From: Macrostomum hystrix
Lineage: Eukaryota > Animalia > Platyhelminthes
Direction: 5' to 3'
Assembly: GCA_950097015.1 (NCBI GenBank)
Contig: CATNEN010000001.1
Span: 18,786,001 to 18,850,000, forward strand
Length of the DNA stretch: 64,000 nt
Part shown: piece by piece, positions 57,637 to 64,000 of the stretch
How positions within the stretch are numbered: the stretch's first letter is position 1
How the letters are laid out: each line of letters begins with the position of its first letter
The notes under the pieces: model-generated
Database searches by the model: none
What the model saw: only the letters and a program-made list of their open reading frames with translations
What the model was told of the DNA's origin: nothing
Program-made: the position numbers and the translations under genes

Positions 57637-59310
57637 CTTTGAAGGCTTATTGTTATTTGATCGCTAGACAATTAAAAACCTGTAAAGAAATGAAATACCG
57701 TGGTAAAAATCAAATCGAATATTAAGTTCTAAGTATTAGATTATTAGTGCTCTTACCGGTAGGTTTTTTGCTGCTTTCACTTTGAAACTAACTGATTTGT
57801 CAACTCAGTAGATAGGAAGATAGGAGCATATAGACTCCACAGCAGGACTGAGGCGAGCGGAGCGCCTCAAATAACATTTTCCTGTCATGTGCGAGTGCTT
57901 CTTTTTCACTGAGCAATTTGATTGGCCGCTGGCTATGCACTGCCCCATTCCTGTTGTCTACTTCTGTTAGTCTGGCTTCACGCGCTGGCCCTATGGATTT
58001 CTCAATTCTTTCTTACTATCTTCACCCTCGGTGGCGGGTTAATGTACATTGGGCCGCTGCTTCTGAATGTACATTCAACCCACCCTCCAAGGCCGAAGTG
58101 GCCGTCTGTCTCAGTTTTCCTTTCGTTCCTACCCTACCCTACCCTACTCTACTTCATTGAAACCGTCACATTTTTTGTTTATTGGGCGTGGTCCATGGCG
58201 GCCCGACTGAACATTTCTTAAGCCTACATAATCAACCAATTTGCCTTTGCGCATATTGAGAATTAAAATTGTGAACAGGCTGGCCCTATCATTACGAAAA
58301 TTTTATTTTCGTAAGCAATAAAACTAAAGTTTCTTTGGTTATCAAAAACCCTGTATATTCAGGGCGCTGTCTCAAATGTGTAAAAAAGTTAGGAATGCGC
58401 AATGTTAAGCAGGTATAATAAATCAATGAGCAATAAATGTGCCTCTAATTAATTTACAGCCCACACAATATAGTACGAGCGTAAATGCTATACTTTTGCT
58501 TTGTTTTACTTCACTCAATTTCGATGGTCTGCCTAATTGCATTGTTTGTCAGGATCAAAATTAATTTCGATGTCTCTTAAAATCGGGACAAAGTTGGCAG
58601 ATGCGAAACGCACGAATAAGCTATCTAAAACGAAAAAACGGGCACAGCACACCACTATTAATTAAAAGTAGAAATATACCAAAGTGGGGGGAATTCCACC
58701 AGACAATTAGTTTTGCTGTACCCGAACAGAGCAACGCAAGCACACGAAACTCAAGAACGTGCGCAACTTTTTGTTGCGCATCTTCTGAAACAAGAATCAA
58801 GTTGCCAGCCCTTCGGACTGTCAAGATGTTCATCGGTTCTGGCTAAAGGTCGGATTTTTTTCCATAAGAACTAGTGTATTTCATACACCCCAATACACAA
58901 AGTTGCACCATGCCTCAGTGCGGCCTTGCCAGGCCTTCGAACTTAATCAGCATGTCACCCGAATGTGCCTGCATCATCTCCGACTTTGGTAGTCACCAAC
59001 CTTCTTCTAGACGGAACTGCTGGACCTTCAACAATAAATAGTTGAGTTTAGGCCAATATCGAAGCTTTATCAGCGAAAGTAGAAAAATTCGCTCCAGGGA
59101 CTCCGTAGCCAGCTGGAGACACACTGCTGATGGTGCTGACGGCGTCGGGGGTGGTGACTGATTGGTTGACGGACTGGGCGAGGGTCCTGTGGTTGAGCTT
59201 CGTCTCATATTAAGGCTGGATCTGCCAAATTGGGGAAATCTGCACCAGGGTGTCCATATTCGGTTAGTACCACTTGTTGAAAATCCAGCAGCTCCGTCAG
59301 CTAGATAAAT

Positions 59311-62300
59311 TCTCTGTGGATCGTAAATGGGACCGGGCCGACCCGGTGCGTGAGTACCATCATACCCACGCGGCAAGTGACTCCCTCCACGAGGGGCCCC
59401 TGGACGGCACACCACCGTTGCCGACGAAATGTCACACCCTTCAGGGATACTGCGCAAAACGAGGAGATCGACCCAACGAAACCACCGATCAGGACGCGTC
59501 CGAGGAGCTGAATCTTGTGATGCGTCTCAGGGGCGGAGACGCCACGGCTGGTGAACCGAAAACGAACAGCCGCCCGAGAAGACAGCACAGAAGGGTTAAG
59601 AGACCCGGCCCAGAGCTCCTGGTCCTGCAGCTTAACTGTAATGGGCTGCAGGCCCGCCGTACGGAGCTGGCCGAGAGGCTCAGACAAACCCAACCTTGCG
59701 CTGCCCTCCTCCAGGAGACGAAATTGCGTCAAGGAGCCAACTTCATCCCGCCCCACGGCTACAGCGTCGCGGCCCGCAAGGATGGCGCACCAAAACCAGA
59801 ACATACCCCGGAGGTCACCGCCACCACTACTGACGACGACCGCCAGGACGGCGGAAGCCCACGACTCCAGAACACCCAGATGACGCAAGCAGCTCCAAAC
59901 GGCCCCCCCCGCCGGCGCGCCACCGCCAGACCGCGATGCCGGCTACGCTGGCCAAACGACAGGACGACCTGGTGCCAGGGTTGTCGCAGCGGCAGACAGG
60001 CCTGCATCAACCGGGACCAGCCATGGCCGGAACGCGAAGGGGACAAGGACAATCACAATCAGCAAACGGCCCCGGCAGCAACCACGGACAAGGGCCCGGA
60101 CACCGAATCGGAAGCCACCAGAACAGCCAACGCATTGCCACCACCGCAGATCGAACTCGCAACCGGCAACAGAGCTACTAGGGGACAAAACACTAAAAAA
60201 TCAAGGAAAAACACAGCGCCCCCGGGCCGCGGAGGCGTGCTAATACTGGTGCGCAACGATATCCCATTCATGGATCCACGAACAAGCAGCGATGGGCCGA
60301 TGGACTGGGCCACAGTCACCATCATTCCAAAGGGCAAAGGCAAGTTTAACATCACCTCCGTGTACGCACCACCAAACAGCGACCAGCGGCAACAAGACAA
60401 CTGGGAGCCCGACTGGGACCTCATCCCGGTCACCACGCGCGGTGTCATCGGCGGCGACTTCAACGGCCACGGTAGCTGGGACGAGCACCAACCGGACGAC
60501 GACAGAGGAGATTGCATCGAACAGTGGGCGCTCCGACGCAGCCTACACCTCTGCAACCTCCCGTCCGCCCACACGAGGACAAACCCGGCCACAGGAGGCA
60601 AGTCCAGTCCGGATCTAACTTGGTGCTCACCTAACCTCACCGCAGTCTGCCGTCCCAGCTGGCGGACAACCGAGTGTATCGGCAGCGACCACCTGCCCCT
60701 ACTCTACGAGCTGACTAAGACATCTGCCAGTGGAAAACGGAATCGCCAGACGCGCTGGTGTTTCAAGAAAGCCGACTGGAAGGCGTACAAACAATCGCTC
60801 GACAACCGAGAGGCTAAGCTCAGGCCGAGCAAACCCGAGTCAGGTTCCAGCGTGGACTTCGATCACCAAAGGCTCAGCGACAACATCCTGACTGCAGCCC
60901 TGGAGTGCATCCCCAGAGGAGCCCGCAGCACCCCCGGTAAGCCCTTCTGGACAGAAGCCTGCGACAAGGCCTGCAAGGAGAACGCGCAAGCCCGCAAACA
61001 AGCAGAAACAAGCAGGGAAAAAAGCGACCTAGATGCGTACCAAGCGACCCGCGAGAACGTCCGCAACACGATCCAGAGAGAGAAAGCCGCTTTCTGGAAA
61101 GAAAAGACAGCGTCGCTGAACATCAACTCTGACCTCTTCGCTATCATGCGGTCTCTGCGCGGCGACCCAGCACCTCCCCCACCGAACGCGGCGCTCAAGA
61201 TCCCGGCCGACCCGACCCGTGGCGGCTCGCCCAGAACCGCCACCAACGATAGAGAAAAGGCAGAAGCGTTCTGTAGTCTCTACGCCAGCATCTCACGGAT
61301 CCCACGGGACCACGACGACCGCTCCATCAACCACCAGGCCTATAGAGCTATGCAAGCACCCTGCTGTAACAACAACGATCGTAAGGGGCTTTGCTCAGCC
61401 TTCTCTGCAGCGGAGCTAAAGAACGTCCTGACCGGGCTTAAGTCCGGCAAGAGCCCCGGCGACGATCAGGTTACGAACGAGATGCTGAAGCACCTCGCAA
61501 GCCCCACGGAGAAGAGACTGCTCGATCTGGTGAACAAGTCGTGGCTGACCGGAAAATGCCCGCACCAATGGCGGCGCGCCACAATAATTCCTATACCGAA
61601 GCGCGGCAAGCCAGCGGAGGAACTCGGCAGTTACAGACCGGTCGCCCTCACCAGCTGTATCGCTAAGGTCGCGGAACGACTGGTCTACCACCGTCTCAGC
61701 TACTTCTTGGAGTCCAACGGCAAGATCAGTGGAGTGCAAGCCGGGTTCCGGAAGGGCAGATCATGCGAGGAGCAGATCGCCCGCATCTCACAACAAATCT
61801 TCGATGGCTTCGAAAGATCCCCAGCGATGCGATCTGTCCTTGGTCTTCTGGACTTTTCCCGCGCTTACGACAGGGTCTGGAAGAGAGCCCTCCTCCTGAA
61901 ACTTAAAGAGGTCGGCATCCCACCCTGTGTCCTCCGGTGGATCAACAGCTTTCTGGCGGATAGAAGGGCCAAGGTCCGAGTAGGCACCAGCAACAGCAAG
62001 GAACGCACCTTCCGCGAGGGGCTCCCACAAGGCAGCGTCCTGGCCCCGCTGCTATGGCTGGTTTACATCAATGACCTACCAGACACCATCCACGCCGCTT
62101 CACCGGACACGAGTGTGAGCCTTTACGCCGACGACAGCGCGATACTCGCTACCAAGGAAAAACTTCAAGAATGCAAGAACATCCTGCAACCGGCTCTGGA
62201 CGCCATCGCCGGGTGGTGTAAGAGATGGAAAGTCGAGCTCAGCACCGCGAAGTGCAGTTACAGCACCTTCACGTTATCCCCGGCCGAAAACAGAGGCAAG

Positions 62301-63939
62301 AAAAGACTCGACCTCAACATCAACGGAGACCCACTGCGGTTCGAGGCGAACCCGACCTTCCTAGGGGTCAAATTCGACGACCACCTCGGTTTCGGAGAGC
62401 ATGCCAAGGATGTCAGACGGAAAATGGCAGCTAGACGCCGACCGATCCAGATGCTCGCAGACAGACAAACAGGCGCCGACCAGAAAACACTGCGTGCAGC
62501 CTACATCGCAACCTGCCGCTCTATTGCGGACTACGGCAGTGCCATTTGGTTAACGAGCGCAGCACCAAGCAACCGGGCACTTGTGGAGAGGCAGCAGAAC
62601 GCGTGTGCACGCCTAATCACCGGCTGCGTGATGCCCTCTCGGACGGACAAACTGCTGGCCGTCGCCAACCTGCCGCCCCTCCACCACATCGCCGCGGAAA
62701 GAGCTAGCAACCTCCGCGAGAGGATGGCCAGACTACCGGCCGACATCCCAGCGCACCAAGCAGCAACCGCGAACGAGCGACCAAGACTCAAAAACCGGAC
62801 CTACGAAGCCGCAATGAAGAACCGGGCCAACGACGGCCAGCGCGGGGAACGCATCCCGGACGCGCTCTCGGATGCCAACCGCCCGTACCGCGCCTGCTGG
62901 CGCCGCATCGCGCAAGAGCTGGAATGCAGCACCACGCTTGAGGCCCACCCAAGAGCACCAACGGCAATCGGCCCAGCACCTTGGACCATCAGCAGAAGCC
63001 TAGAAGTCCGCTTCGACACATCGGCCGCCAAAGAAGCAACCCGACAAATGCCAGCAGAACTTCGCGCCGCCCTCGCCGAACCAACCGTGTCCCGTCTCAC
63101 GGAGCACGTCATCTGGACCGACGGCTCGGTACAGGACGGTTGCAGAAACGGCGGGGGAGCAGCAGTCGCACAATGGCTTCCACCAGAGGCAGCCCGCATG
63201 TCTGCGGCGGGCGCTCTATGCAGCAGCTTCACGGCCGAACTCACCGCTATCCGAGAGGGCCTCCGCCTCTGCAACACCGCGGCAGACAGACCCCCGGACA
63301 TCACCATCGCCACCGACAGCCTGAGCGCCATCACGACCCTGAGCGCCGGGCCACTTAGGCAGAGGGACTCAGTAGCAGCCGACTGCTGGCAGCTCATTCT
63401 GGACCTGATCGAGCTAGGCACCAAGATTGGCTTCTGCTGGGTTCCGGCCCACTGCGGTATTACCGGCAACGAGGCCGCCGATCAGGCGGCGGCCAGGGCG
63501 GCAAAACTAGACCAAAGTCAGGTCCCGATCCAGTTGGACGCCGCCAGAGCAGCCACCCGACGCTGCCGGCGCGCCCTGGATATCATAGCAGTCGGCCCTT
63601 TCTGGAGCCCGCCCCAGGGTCTGCCGCGGAAGCAACAGGTCCTGGTCAACCAACTTCGCGCGGGCGCCAGCATGGTCGATAGAAAGACCCGCTACCGTCT
63701 CGGTGTCGACGCGTCCCCGCTGTGTCCCGATTGCGGCGAGGTGGACAGTGTCGACCACGTCGTCCTCCACTGTCCAAGAGGCGACCGCCACCGAGCCCTA
63801 CGCGGAATCCCGGCCGAGAACTTGATGGAGAACCCGGCCGCGGTCGTCGAGCTCCTGCGCAGTATGGGGCGCCTCTAGCGCCCCCGCCCTTATCGGTACT
63901 CCGGATCGGGCGCGCCCTGGAAACGAAAGAAAGAAAGAA
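59311..63939 (+). mobile_element. Apparently full-length single-ORF non-LTR retrotransposon (I group, Ingi-like)
   Basis: TSD (A)GCTAGATAAAT at 59299-59310 and 63940-63951; (GAAA)n tail; no ORF1; GC-rich compared with the host flanks. Confidence 0.93.
59520..63878 (+). CDS. LINE polyprotein: APE endonuclease, reverse transcriptase, RNase H, CCHC zinc knuckle
   Basis: APE: LQLNCNG, LQET, GDFN, SPD, SDH. RT: YRPVAL, QAGFR, LDFSRAYD, GLPQGS, YADD, FLG. RNase H: WTDGS, AEL, TDS, WVPAHCGITGNEAAD. C-terminal CPDC...HVVLHC. First in-frame ATG at 59520; the frame is open from the element 5' end. Confidence 0.95.
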   Translation: MRLRGGDATAGEPKTNSRPRRQHRRVKRPGPELLVLQLNCNGLQARRTELAERLRQTQPCAALLQETKLRQGANFIPPHGYSVAARKDGAPKPEHTPEVTATTTDDDRQDGGSPRLQNTQMTQAAPNGPPRRRATARPRCRLRWPNDRTTWCQGCRSGRQACINRDQPWPEREGDKDNHNQQTAPAATTDKGPDTESEATRTANALPPPQIELATGNRATRGQNTKKSRKNTAPPGRGGVLILVRNDIPFMDPRTSSDGPMDWATVTIIPKGKGKFNITSVYAPPNSDQRQQDNWEPDWDLIPVTTRGVIGGDFNGHGSWDEHQPDDDRGDCIEQWALRRSLHLCNLPSAHTRTNPATGGKSSPDLTWCSPNLTAVCRPSWRTTECIGSDHLPLLYELTKTSASGKRNRQTRWCFKKADWKAYKQSLDNREAKLRPSKPESGSSVDFDHQRLSDNILTAALECIPRGARSTPGKPFWTEACDKACKENAQARKQAETSREKSDLDAYQATRENVRNTIQREKAAFWKEKTASLNINSDLFAIMRSLRGDPAPPPPNAALKIPADPTRGGSPRTATNDREKAEAFCSLYASISRIPRDHDDRSINHQAYRAMQAPCCNNNDRKGLCSAFSAAELKNVLTGLKSGKSPGDDQVTNEMLKHLASPTEKRLLDLVNKSWLTGKCPHQWRRATIIPIPKRGKPAEELGSYRPVALTSCIAKVAERLVYHRLSYFLESNGKISGVQAGFRKGRSCEEQIARISQQIFDGFERSPAMRSVLGLLDFSRAYDRVWKRALLLKLKEVGIPPCVLRWINSFLADRRAKVRVGTSNSKERTFREGLPQGSVLAPLLWLVYINDLPDTIHAASPDTSVSLYADDSAILATKEKLQECKNILQPALDAIAGWCKRWKVELSTAKCSYSTFTLSPAENRGKKRLDLNINGDPLRFEANPTFLGVKFDDHLGFGEHAKDVRRKMAARRRPIQMLADRQTGADQKTLRAAYIATCRSIADYGSAIWLTSAAPSNRALVERQQNACARLITGCVMPSRTDKLLAVANLPPLHHIAAERASNLRERMARLPADIPAHQAATANERPRLKNRTYEAAMKNRANDGQRGERIPDALSDANRPYRACWRRIAQELECSTTLEAHPRAPTAIGPAPWTISRSLEVRFDTSAAKEATRQMPAELRAALAEPTVSRLTEHVIWTDGSVQDGCRNGGGAAVAQWLPPEAARMSAAGALCSSFTAELTAIREGLRLCNTAADRPPDITIATDSLSAITTLSAGPLRQRDSVAADCWQLILDLIELGTKIGFCWVPAHCGITGNEAADQAAARAAKLDQSQVPIQLDAARAATRRCRRALDIIAVGPFWSPPQGLPRKQQVLVNQLRAGASMVDRKTRYRLGVDASPLCPDCGEVDSVDHVVLHCPRGDRHRALRGIPAENLMENPAAVVELLRSMGRL

Positions 63940-64000
63940 AGCTAGATAAATGTCGGTGACCACCAAAGTCGGAGATGATGCAGCCACATTCGGGTGACAT

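Larger units (their letters stand above)
58952..64000. repeat. Inverted repeat pair: left arm 58952-59034; right arm 59274-59310 + 63952-64000, split by the LINE
   Basis: 63952-64000 is the reverse complement of 58952-59000 (46/49 identical). 59274-59310 continues the match against 59001-59034 with a 3-bp indel. Runs off the window end. Confidence 0.85.

Noticed and set aside
59274-59310. TTG start at 59274 for the 1534-aa ORF
   Set aside because: It lies outside the element, upstream of and within the TSD; the open frame there is fortuitous.
59601-59612. Functional 2A peptide (KRPGP)
   Set aside because: Lacks the required D(V/I)ExN residues; at most a relic.

Overview
Eukaryotic (animal) genomic DNA with GT-AG introns. 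The minisatellite-filled introns and gene content suggest a free-living flatworm such as Macrostomum (inference). Most long ORFs in the supplied track are artefacts of about 30 tandem-repeat arrays. Genes reconstructed by splicing: MOCS2A/MoaD sulfur carrier (-, 8801-9625), Misshapen/MAP4K4-type kinase (-, 22624-28763), an ankyrin + Mab-21/cGAS-like nucleotidyltransferase with two in-frame stops and a probable frameshift (-, ~32829-35872), calcineurin A (+, 37800-50256) with candidate symmetric microexons, and CRIP LIM protein (-, 54847-57636). Mobile elements: a hAT-type MITE, tRNA/CORE-type SINEs, and an intact single-ORF Ingi-like LINE (59311-63939). The LINE is the most unusual feature. 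It has a ubiquitin-C-terminus-like LVMRLRGG motif ahead of its endonuclease and a ~145-aa Cys-motif insertion inside the APE domain, and it landed in one arm of an inverted repeat.
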